Source of the DNA: Ruminococcus albus 7 = DSM 20455
GTDB taxonomy: Bacteria > Bacillota > Clostridia > Oscillospirales > Ruminococcaceae
Length of the DNA stretch: 32,000 nt
Assembly: GCF_000179635.2 (NCBI RefSeq)
Contig: NC_014825.1
Location: 60,001 to 92,000, forward strand
Direction: 5' to 3'
In this document: piece by piece, positions 17,733 to 25,424 of the stretch
Position numbering within the stretch: position 1 is the stretch's first letter
How the letters are laid out: each line of letters begins with the position of its first letter
Program-made: the position numbers and the translations under genes
The notes under the pieces: model-generated
Told to the model about the DNA's origin: nothing
Seen by the model: the letters and a program-made list of their open reading frames with translations, nothing else
The model's database searches: none

Positions 17733-18584
17733 TCAGTGAACAAGACCAAGGCTCTTGAAAGGATAGATCCTCAGCACAGCCTTACCCATGATCTCGCTCT
17801 CATCAACAAATCCTATGCTTCGGCTGTCCTTGGAATCGTTTCTGTTGTCGCCCATAACGAAAACAGTATCATCAGGCACATTATACTCATATACACCATC
17901 AGCGACACGGTATGCTCCGTCGAAGTAAATAACATTATCGCGCATGATCTCCTTTATATGATCATTTGAGATCTCCTCGTCATTTACATATACATGGTTT
18001 TTGTTATAGTCAACAACTACCTTGTCACCTTCTATACCGATAACTCGCTTGATAAGTATCTTATCTGCAACTTTGCTGTCAAGCACTATAACATCATCAC
18101 GTTCAGGCTCATAAGCAACATGGGTCATAATAAGTCTGTCGCCATCCTGGAGAGTATTTGTCATTGATGTACCGTCTACCATTACCACCCTGAATACGAA
18201 TATCAGCACAAGCTGCACGATAAGCAGTGCAAACACCAGTGACTCAACCCACTCAAGAACTTCCCTGCCAAAATTAAATGGCTGTTTTTCCTTTATATCA
18301 TCAGGCTCAGCTTCCTTGACCTTCTCTATGTCATCTTCGCTTACCTCAGCCGTATCCTCTTTATCCTTTTCAGCTGTATCCTCAGCCTCGTCTTCTTCGC
18401 TTATATCACTGAATCCCTCATCGACAGCATCAACGAAGTCATCATCGATAACGTCGCCAAAGTCACCGAAAGCATTGTTTACAGTATTTTCTACACTGTT
18501 CTCGCTTTCATTCAACAGCCTCTCCAGTTCTTCCGCCTCTGAAAGGTTATTCCCATTCGTTGTCTTTTCACTTGTGTCACTCAT
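17733..18584 (-). CDS. lepB: Signal peptidase I paralog with a ~115-aa acidic N-terminal extension.
   Basis: DGTSMTNTL, LIKRVIGIEGD and GDNRNDSKDSR. The ATG at 18584 (MSDTSEK) has AAGAGGTAAG upstream. The track start at 18644 lies only about 11 nt from the predicted TSS and has no SD. Confidence 0.9.
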   Translation of the reverse strand: MSDTSEKTTNGNNLSEAEELERLLNESENSVENTVNNAFGDFGDVIDDDFVDAVDEGFSDISEEDEAEDTAEKDKEDTAEVSEDDIEKVKEAEPDDIKEKQPFNFGREVLEWVESLVFALLIVQLVLIFVFRVVMVDGTSMTNTLQDGDRLIMTHVAYEPERDDVIVLDSKVADKILIKRVIGIEGDKVVVDYNKNHVYVNDEEISNDHIKEIMRDNVIYFDGAYRVADGVYEYNVPDDTVFVMGDNRNDSKDSRSIGFVDESEIMGKAVLRIYPFKSLGLVH

Positions 18585-18661
18585 AGATAGCTTACCTCTT
18601 TTCGTGATATCTCTTGTGTATGCAGTCACAGTATCCGCCTGCATACACTCATATACAATAT

Positions 18662-18690
18662 ATTATAGCAAAAATGTTCTGAAATTACAA
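18662..18690 (-). promoter_or_regulatory. Putative promoter of the lepB-lepB-rbgA-rnhB-yraN cluster (TTGTAA-17-TGcTATAAT).
   Basis: Minus strand reads tcTTGTAAtttcagaacatttttgcTATAATat. Confidence 0.55.
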
Positions 18691-18735
18691 GAGTTTTTTC
18701 AAAAAAATATATTTTTGTACTTACTTTGTTTACTA

Positions 18736-18770
18736 TTAAAAACAAAAAGAGCCGACTTACGCCGACTCTT
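18736..18770 (-). terminator. Rho-independent terminator after rplS.
   Basis: Minus-strand RNA forms AGAGUCGGC-GUAA-GUCGGCUCU (9 bp including 2 G.U) followed by UUUUGUUUUU. The same stem has C.A mismatches on the plus strand, so the terminator is strand-specific. Confidence 0.75.
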
Positions 18771-18782
18771 TTATCAGAAGAA

Positions 18783-19127
18783 TTATCTGATTGCTTCCTT
18801 GACCTTAGCTGCCTTACCAACTCTGTCGCGGAGATAGTACAGCTTAGCTCTGCGGACTTTACCGCTTCTTACTACCTCTACCTTAGAAACAGCAGGCGAA
18901 TGTACGGGGAATACTCTCTCGATACCGCAGCCGTGAGCTACTCTTCTTACAGTGAAAGTCTCACTGATGCCGCCGTGCTTCTTAGCGATGACTGTGCCCT
19001 CGAATACCTGTATTCTGGACTTGTCACCCTCGGTGATAAGAACGTGTACCTTTACAGTGTCACCTACGTTAACTACGGGTGCATCTGCCTTCATGCTTGC
19101 CTGTGCGATCTGTTTTAAAGCGTCCAC
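18783..19127 (-). CDS. rplS: 50S ribosomal protein L19.
   Basis: [41 protein letters not shown]. It uses a GTG start with AAAGGAGGAA upstream. Confidence 0.96.
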   Translation of the reverse strand: MDALKQIAQASMKADAPVVNVGDTVKVHVLITEGDKSRIQVFEGTVIAKKHGGISETFTVRRVAHGCGIERVFPVHSPAVSKVEVVRSGKVRRAKLYYLRDRVGKAAKVKEAIR

Positions 19128-19257
19128 TTTAAATTCCTCCTTTAATTTTCCGGACGTTCATACACTGCCGCTCTGACAGCCAGCGGACCGTCTCTTTAAT
19201 GTCGTGCCTTTCGGCTGGCATTAACTCTCGTCGGGGATACCGACGGTATTCAAATGC
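19128..19257 (-). promoter_or_regulatory. Structured ~130-nt 5' leader of rplS, a candidate L19-type autoregulatory leader.
   Basis: Hairpins CGTCGG-TATCC-CCGACG and GCCAGC...GCTGGC, plus an alternative CCGCU/AGCGG pairing that competes for the same arm. The family assignment is not verifiable by eye. Confidence 0.3.
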
Positions 19258-19263
19258 TTAAAT

Positions 19264-19292
19264 ATTATACCACATCTCTCCCGAAATTGCAA
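19264..19292 (-). promoter_or_regulatory. Sigma-A promoter of rplS (TTGCAA-17-TGgTATAAT).
   Basis: Minus strand reads gcgcTTGCAAtttcgggagagatgtggTATAATattt. Confidence 0.65.
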
Positions 19293-19299
19293 GCGCATC

Positions 19300-20016
19300 T
19301 CAATAAAAAACTTCACCGTTTTCCACGAGTATCTTTGTGCGTTCTATACAAATCTCTTCAGCTTTAATGCCGTACATATCCAGAAAAGCCTCTGCTGCCA
19401 CATTGGCATTAAGGTTGAAACTTCCTCCCGCAGGCAGCCGCATTTTAAGTTCAAGGTACTTTTCTTCAGTGTACATATCAAGCAATTCCAGCGACGGTCT
19501 TATATCCACGGGCTTATATGTACCTTTTTTTGTACGCTTCTGTATTTCTATTACTTCCCTGCTCATAAAATCCTTGAACTTTTCTGCCATTTCCGCCGGA
19601 GTCTTATCTGCCGAGATACGTATAACATACTCCGCATGAGTTATCTCCGTATGGCTGTGAACAGGAGCAGAACAACTCACTATCCTCATGCCTTCGGGCA
19701 TCTGGGCATCAAGAGCTTTCAGCACCTCTTCATCAGGCAGATCCTCCAGAAGCGCGAAATCCATTACCTCCACCCTGCTTTCAAACCCCAGCGAAAGAGT
19801 AAGAGGGAACATTATATATATGTGCGGATTGAAGCCCTGAGTATACCATATCGGCAGTTTCGCACGTTTTATCGCCCTCTGCATGGCACGCATAAGGTCA
19901 AGGTGGGAGATATACTTCGCCCTGCCGCACTTTTCGTATACCACCCTTTTGTCATATCTGTCGGGACGCAGGTCTACATTTTTAGGTTGAAGTCTTTTTT
20001 CCGCCACAGTAAACAC
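19300..20016 (-). CDS. TIGR03936/DUF2344 family radical SAM-associated protein.
   Basis: RAKYISHLDLMRAMQRAIKRAKLPIWYTQGFNPH is typical of DUF2344. It lies immediately downstream of, and overlaps by 35 nt, the TIGR03960-type radical SAM gene. The start is GTG and is uncertain. Confidence 0.8.
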   Translation of the reverse strand: MFTVAEKRLQPKNVDLRPDRYDKRVVYEKCGRAKYISHLDLMRAMQRAIKRAKLPIWYTQGFNPHIYIMFPLTLSLGFESRVEVMDFALLEDLPDEEVLKALDAQMPEGMRIVSCSAPVHSHTEITHAEYVIRISADKTPAEMAEKFKDFMSREVIEIQKRTKKGTYKPVDIRPSLELLDMYTEEKYLELKMRLPAGGSFNLNANVAAEAFLDMYGIKAEEICIERTKILVENGEVFY

Positions 20017-21847
20017 CTCCGCATTCGGGCTTTATTCCGCAGCCCGAACAGCCTTCCTTACAGTTTCTTGTAGTCTGTGCAAGATGAGCTTTTTTGTTCT
20101 CTCTCACAAGAAATTCGTGAGATACCAGATAATCCAGATGCGACCAGGGCGCCACCTCATCGTAGCTTCTCGTCCTGTTAGCGTAGAACGCCGTATCTAT
20201 GCCCGTTTCCTCAAAGGCTTCCAGCCATTTGTCAAACTGAAAATGCTCGTCCCAGCTGTCCATGTAACAGCCTTTTTTCCAAGCCGAATATACCGCCTTG
20301 CACACACGCCTGTCGCCCCTTGCCAGAACAGCCTCCAGCACCGAGGTATTTGAATAGTGAAGACTAAGCTTTATCTTCTTGCTGGTCACAGCGGATTTCA
20401 GTATCTCCTGCTTGTGCTTTATCTGTTCTTCCGTCGCCTGAGGTTCAAACTCAAAGGGCGTGAAGGGCTTAGGCACAAAAGTCGCGGTCGATACCGCTAT
20501 CTGCACTGACCGCCCTCTCTTTTCCTTGGGCGTTTCAAAATAAAGCTGAAGTATCTTGTCCGAAAGTTCCGCAATACCGCGGATATCATCGTCTGTTTCC
20601 GTGGGCTGACCCATCATGAAGTACAGCTTCACCTGAGTATACCCCCACTCGAAAGCCATCCTGCAGGTTGATATTATCTCGTCCTCGGTGATGTTCTTAT
20701 TAATAACGTCACGCAAACGCTGTGTTCCTGCCTCGGGGGCGAATGTCAGTCCGCTTTTTCGTACAGCTTGTATCCTTTCCAGCAGTTCCTCGTTAAAGCT
20801 GTCAAGTCTTAAAGACGGCAAAGCGAGGTTAACATTCTCGCCGTCGGTATACTCCGAAAGGCTCAGAAGAAGCTCATTTATCTTGGTATGGTCACTGGTG
20901 GAAAGCGACGACAGGGACACTTCCTCATACCCCGTCTGCTCGCACAGCGACTTCGTCTCATTTTTAATAGTATCAATATTCTTCTCGCGGAAAGGTCTAT
21001 ATATAAATCCCGCCTGACAGAACCTGCATCCGCGGATACAGCCGCGAAGCACTTCCACCACCGAGCGGTCATGTACTATCTCGCTGAAAGGCACAACAAA
21101 GCTATCGGGGTAGTACACCTTGTCAAAATCCGCGATGATGCGCTTTTTTATACGTGAAGGTGCTTCGGGCACATTAGGAGTTATGCTCTTTACCGTACCG
21201 TCCTCGTTGTAGTCAACGTCGTAAAAGCTCGGAACATATATGCCCTCGATCTTCACAGCCTCCCGCAGAAATTCCTCTTTCGTTGGATTTGAAGGCTTCA
21301 TCTTTTCGTAAAGTCTCAGAAGTTCAAGGTTGACTTCCTCGCCCTCACCCAGTATAAACAGGTCAAAGAAATCCGACATAGGCTCGGGATTGCACACGCA
21401 GGGACCTCCGCCCACAACAAGCGGCGTCAGTGATTTACGGTCTTTTGCCAGCACAGGCAGACCCGCAAGGTCAAGCATCTGCAAAACGTTATTGTACGAT
21501 AATTCGTACTGCAAAGTAAACCCGATGAAATCGAAATCCTTTATGGGGTCAAGACTTTCCAGCCCATACAGCGGTATATCATTCTCCCGCATAAGGCTCT
21601 CAAAATCCTTCTCGGGCATGAATACCCTCTCACACCACCAGTTAGGCACCTGATTTTTCAGACCGTACAGTATCTTCATACCCAGATGCGACATACCCAC
21701 ATCATAGGTATCAGGGAAACAGAAGGCAAAACGTACATCCACCTTATCCCTGTCCTTTATCACGCTTCCTATCTCTCCGCCTATATATCTTGCAGGCTTG
21801 GCAGCTTTCAGCAGTATTTTATCCAGCTTGTTCTTTATTTCTTCCAT
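19982..21847 (-). CDS. B12-binding-domain radical SAM protein (TIGR03960-like).
   Basis: CX3CX2C motif (CIRGCRFCQAG), an N-terminal B12-binding-like region, and a Cys-rich C-terminal tail. Confidence 0.88.
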   Translation of the reverse strand: MEEIKNKLDKILLKAAKPARYIGGEIGSVIKDRDKVDVRFAFCFPDTYDVGMSHLGMKILYGLKNQVPNWWCERVFMPEKDFESLMRENDIPLYGLESLDPIKDFDFIGFTLQYELSYNNVLQMLDLAGLPVLAKDRKSLTPLVVGGGPCVCNPEPMSDFFDLFILGEGEEVNLELLRLYEKMKPSNPTKEEFLREAVKIEGIYVPSFYDVDYNEDGTVKSITPNVPEAPSRIKKRIIADFDKVYYPDSFVVPFSEIVHDRSVVEVLRGCIRGCRFCQAGFIYRPFREKNIDTIKNETKSLCEQTGYEEVSLSSLSTSDHTKINELLLSLSEYTDGENVNLALPSLRLDSFNEELLERIQAVRKSGLTFAPEAGTQRLRDVINKNITEDEIISTCRMAFEWGYTQVKLYFMMGQPTETDDDIRGIAELSDKILQLYFETPKEKRGRSVQIAVSTATFVPKPFTPFEFEPQATEEQIKHKQEILKSAVTSKKIKLSLHYSNTSVLEAVLARGDRRVCKAVYSAWKKGCYMDSWDEHFQFDKWLEAFEETGIDTAFYANRTRSYDEVAPWSHLDYLVSHEFLVRENKKAHLAQTTRNCKEGCSGCGIKPECGGVYCGGKKTST

Positions 21848-21914
21848 AAGATTCTCCGTTTATATCCGATCGCAGCGGTCTGTAATATTTTAAAGACCGC
21901 ACATACTTTTATAT

Positions 21915-21943
21915 ATTATATCATGTACTTTCCGAAAAAGCAA
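21915..21943 (-). promoter_or_regulatory. Putative promoter of the radical SAM pair (TTGCTT-17-TGaTATAAT).
   Basis: Minus strand reads gcTTGCTTtttcggaaagtacatgaTATAATat. A 7-bp leader hairpin GCGGTCT/AGACCGC follows. Confidence 0.4.
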
Positions 21944-21961
21944 GCATACAATCATTTCAGA

Positions 21962-21998
21962 GAAACAAAAGCCCGGAACGGCTTTTTGGTCATTCCGG
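21962..21998 (-). terminator. Rho-independent terminator after the xylanase gene.
   Basis: Minus-strand RNA forms CCGGAAUG-N10-CGUUCCGG (8 bp) followed by GCUUUUGUUU. Confidence 0.65.
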
Positions 21999-22027
21999 AC
22001 TTTATAAACATTTCAGTACTTCACTAA

Positions 22028-24733
22028 TTATCTAACAGTAACGTTTATAGCGTTCTTTATAGCATTAGTGGTATCCCATTGACCGTTAACTCTTGCAGCA
22101 ACAGCTACCTTGTAGCTCATGCCGGGAGTCAGGTTCTTAGGAGTTACATAGCTGTTTGTAGAGATGTTGGAAGTCTGAACTCTCCACTTACCAGCCAGGT
22201 ATACAGCGATGCCGTACTTGTCAGCGCCCTGTACCTTATCCCAAACGAACTGTATCTGATGATACTGGGTATTGTAGTTCGCCTTTATGTTTGTAGGATA
22301 AGCGCCTGTATTGGTGTATTCATAAGGATCATCCTGATTTTCGTTGCCGTTGGTCTTGCCCCACAGGCTTGTAGGAATGATAGATACTACAGAATTGTAT
22401 GCCTGCTTGGGCTGGAAGCTGGAATTGAACAGCAGAGGAGTATCGGATGATCTCCAGCTGTAGCCGTCGTTAGTGCCCCACCATGTCAGTGAAGTAACAG
22501 CGTCGCAGTTAACTATACTCTGAACGATGTCCTTGTAGTAGCTAGCAAATGAGGAATCACTTGCACCCTGCTGCATAACGTCCAGCTCAGTTACGTGGAT
22601 CTCAATACCGGGGATAGAAGAGAACAAGTCAAGTGCGTTCTTGTATTTTGAGATACTAGGATAAGTAGTACCCAGATGTGACTGCATACCTATACCGTCC
22701 AGGTAACCAGCTTCGTGGACCTTCTTGCAGAAGTTGTAGATGGAAGTTACCTTACCGTCATTGTACTCGTTGAAGTCGTTGTAGAACAGCTTGCAGTCAG
22801 AGGGAGCATACTTTCTTGCATACTTGAATGCATTCTGCATATAGCTGTCATCACCATAAATCGAATAATAAGGAGAATTGCTTCTGAGATTGCCGTTGCT
22901 TACATCAAATGCTTCGTTAACAACGTCATATGCATAAAGCTTCAGAGTAGGATAATTCTGCTTGATCATAGCGAATGTATTCTTGATGAAGTTTTCCATA
23001 CGCTGATCCATTACCTGCTTGGAAACCTGTGCGCCATTGTTGCTGAAGTTCTCTTTGAAGAACCAGCTTGGAGTCTGGCTGTGCCAGATAAGAGTATGAC
23101 CTCTTACAGGGATATTATTCTTAACTGCATAGTCAAGGATAGTCTTTAAGTTGCTATTCAGCTTCACCTGAGGATTTACGTTGTTGCCGTAATTCTGGCT
23201 CGCACTCTGATCAAGAATGTTTTCGGGCTTCATATCGTTCTCGGGCGTGATGCTGTTGAAGTGCTTCTTTACGAAGTCAGAATTGTTGAGATCACGTGTG
23301 CTTATGCAAGTACCGATCTTGCTGAAGCGGCTGGAGAATACGTCCTTCAGACCTGCATCCGAAGTAATAACATCAGAAGAACCAGTGCCTGAACCGGAAG
23401 AAGAAGAATCTACCTTACCGCCGCCTGTTGTAACGGAAGAAGACTTGCCTGCCTTGGAAGCCTGTACGTTGTCGATATAGAAATCTGTCAGGCTGTCGGG
23501 AGCTTCTACATAAAGAACAAGATTGGAAGCACCGCTGGGGATCTTGTAAGATGTATTCTCCAGCTTTGTCCACTTGCCGTTCTGTGCAGTAGCGGAAGCT
23601 ACCTCATCATACTGCTCCGTACCTGAAGAATCAGTGTACTGCAGAGTCATCTTCATGCTTGTGGAGGAACCGCTCTTCTGCAGAACGCCTGTGCTGAAGC
23701 TGAAGGAATTGCCGGGAACGAATGTGGAAGTGCTCAGGGGTATAGATGCACCGTGCCAGTTGCTTGTTCTGCCGCTTACATACAGTGACTTGCTGCCGCC
23801 GTAGTAGTTCTTGTTGTCTATAGCAACAGATGCAGCACCTCTGCCTTCCCAGTTTCCTGCACCATTCTCAAATGTGCTGGTGAAATAATCGCCGTTGGAA
23901 TCGGGATTAGGAACAGTTGTTGTTGAACCTGTGCCGCCGGTCGTTCCACCGGTTCCGCCGGATTCGCCTTCACGGAATTTCAGTGAAACATCAGCCTGAC
24001 CGTCGGACTCCCAGCCTTCAACGTTGAAAGCAACTTCGTACAGGTTGCCCATCTTCATACCCATGGACTCCCAAGCCTTGAAGTGCTCGGAAACGCTGAT
24101 GGTACCCTTGGTCCTCAGGTTCTGACGGATGCTTATATACTGTGTGAAGTTCTTGTTGCCTTCAATGGTGTAAGAATTTCTGCTGGTAGTATATACCTTG
24201 TATACACTGCCGTCGATAGTGGTCTGACCCTTGTACTGTGCAGAACCGTCCTGTGCAGGTGACCAGTTCTTCCAGTCCTCGATGATGTAGTACTCTACCA
24301 GAGGATTCTGTGCCCAGCCGTAGATACAGATTCTGGAGTTACCGGATGAACCTGCATACCAGCTGCAGTCATAATCGCAATAGAAATTACCATAATTCTT
24401 ATATGTCTTAGGATTGTTCAGACCCCAGTATAGGCCGCGGCGAGCCAGGAAGTTACCTCTTGAGTTATTGGGACCGCACTTCCATGACGTGCTGAAGCCG
24501 CCGTCATTATCGTGTAATGTCATTGTAGACGAATTGGGAGTATCTGCCTGCCAGATCTCGTGGTGGTAGTCATTGTACCAGCCAACTTCCTGTGTGTGCG
24601 AAGGGCTTGTTGTCAGTACCTTAGCAGCCGAAACAGTTATGACCGATCTGGTAATCATAGGTGCAGCAGGTGCTGCGATCATCATACCTGCGATAAGGGC
24701 ACTTATCGCACGCTTTGGAACAAAGTTCTTCAT
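22028..24733 (-). CDS. Secreted multidomain endo-1,4-beta-xylanase: signal peptide, GH11, G/T linker, CBM22-like module, S/G linker, GH10, and a C-terminal FN3-like module.
   Basis: GH11 (nt ~23975-24592): PLVEYYIIEDW and YEVAFNVEGW catalytic Glu contexts. CBM_4_9/CBM22-like (nt ~23459-23896): FENGAGNWEGRG...SLYVSGRTSNWHG. GH10 (nt ~22379-23362): ITPENDMKPE, RGHTLIWHSQTP, DVVNEAF, IHVTELDV. The ATG at 24733 (MKNFVPK) has GAGAGGAAA upstream. The track start at 24754 has no SD. Confidence 0.93.
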   Translation of the reverse strand: MKNFVPKRAISALIAGMMIAAPAAPMITRSVITVSAAKVLTTSPSHTQEVGWYNDYHHEIWQADTPNSSTMTLHDNDGGFSTSWKCGPNNSRGNFLARRGLYWGLNNPKTYKNYGNFYCDYDCSWYAGSSGNSRICIYGWAQNPLVEYYIIEDWKNWSPAQDGSAQYKGQTTIDGSVYKVYTTSRNSYTIEGNKNFTQYISIRQNLRTKGTISVSEHFKAWESMGMKMGNLYEVAFNVEGWESDGQADVSLKFREGESGGTGGTTGGTGSTTTVPNPDSNGDYFTSTFENGAGNWEGRGAASVAIDNKNYYGGSKSLYVSGRTSNWHGASIPLSTSTFVPGNSFSFSTGVLQKSGSSTSMKMTLQYTDSSGTEQYDEVASATAQNGKWTKLENTSYKIPSGASNLVLYVEAPDSLTDFYIDNVQASKAGKSSSVTTGGGKVDSSSSGSGTGSSDVITSDAGLKDVFSSRFSKIGTCISTRDLNNSDFVKKHFNSITPENDMKPENILDQSASQNYGNNVNPQVKLNSNLKTILDYAVKNNIPVRGHTLIWHSQTPSWFFKENFSNNGAQVSKQVMDQRMENFIKNTFAMIKQNYPTLKLYAYDVVNEAFDVSNGNLRSNSPYYSIYGDDSYMQNAFKYARKYAPSDCKLFYNDFNEYNDGKVTSIYNFCKKVHEAGYLDGIGMQSHLGTTYPSISKYKNALDLFSSIPGIEIHVTELDVMQQGASDSSFASYYKDIVQSIVNCDAVTSLTWWGTNDGYSWRSSDTPLLFNSSFQPKQAYNSVVSIIPTSLWGKTNGNENQDDPYEYTNTGAYPTNIKANYNTQYHQIQFVWDKVQGADKYGIAVYLAGKWRVQTSNISTNSYVTPKNLTPGMSYKVAVAARVNGQWDTTNAIKNAINVTVR
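22031..22303 (-). repeat. FN3-like module, copy 2 (xylanase C-terminus). It is paralogous to 6132-6389.
   Basis: YPTNIKANYNTQYHQIQFVWDKVQGADKYGIAVYLAGKWRVQT...AARVNGQWDTTNAIKNA. It shares 60/84 identical residues with the LRR-protein copy. Confidence 0.8.
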
Positions 24734-24911
24734 AAGCAATTTCCTCTCTTTCATTTAAAGTTTCTGTAATAAAAAGAACTAATGATACAAATGATACATT
24801 GGTAACCTTTACCATTTCAGATAATAGCTCAGGTTCCATATCATTTGATTATATTTTATAATTTTTTAGTCATTGAATCTAATCAATTTTTGCTGACTCT
24901 ATTTATGAAAT

Positions 24912-24928
24912 CACCATTTTTTGCGATT
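24912..24928. repeat. 17-mer direct repeat, copy 1 (CACCATTTTTTGCGATT), in the xylanase upstream region.
   Basis: Matches 25117-25133 at 16/17 positions. Confidence 0.6.
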
Positions 24929-25116
24929 TTAGACTAACTTCAGAATTTGTATTCTTATTTTATTTATTATTTTTATATAACATCAACTCATATCCCCAAA
25001 AAGCTCACATTTGTAAAACCCCTATTTTACTGGATTTTAAATTGTATATTCAATACATTTCACATACTGTTCCTTTTGTCCCGGACCCAATAGATCTTTT
25101 AGCAATATTAAAATTA

Positions 25117-25133
25117 CAACATTTTTTGCGATT
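25117..25133. repeat. 17-mer direct repeat, copy 2 (CAACATTTTTTGCGATT).
   Basis: Matches 24912-24928 at 16/17 positions. The copies are 205 bp apart. Confidence 0.6.
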
Positions 25134-25389
25134 ATTTTCGCGAAGTTGCAATTTGTACATCTTATACAAAGAATGATTTACTTATTCGTCACTCGTAACC
25201 TTGTTTTTTATACCAGTTCCTCAAAACGTTATATATACTATAATTATAGAACAATAACGCAGAATGCCTCTCAACCTCTCTTTATAAAAATTAACCTGAT
25301 ATCACAATATTTGATTATTATTTTACAACAATTAAATATATTTTATGATTTTTACTAAAGAAAATTCAATATTTCAGGTGCTCAACCCC

Positions 25390-25418
25390 TTGATTTTATT
25401 AATATGTTGTGCTATAAT
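25390..25418 (+). promoter_or_regulatory. Orphan plus-strand sigma-A promoter (TTGATT-17-TGcTATAAT).
   Basis: ccccTTGATTttattaatatgttgtgcTATAATaattt. No protein-coding gene follows on this strand. Confidence 0.5.
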
Positions 25419-25424
25419 AATTTA

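Noticed and set aside
22031-22303. Dockerin at the xylanase C-terminus, as expected for cellulosomal Ruminococcus enzymes.
   Set aside because: There are no duplicated Ca-binding loops (DxDxDGxxxxxD). The sequence instead has FN3-like beta-strand periodicity.
25146-25358. 70-aa plus-strand ORF in the AT-rich region.
   Set aside because: Its composition simply reflects AT-rich DNA (I/Y/N/F/L-rich). It has no SD and no promoter context.
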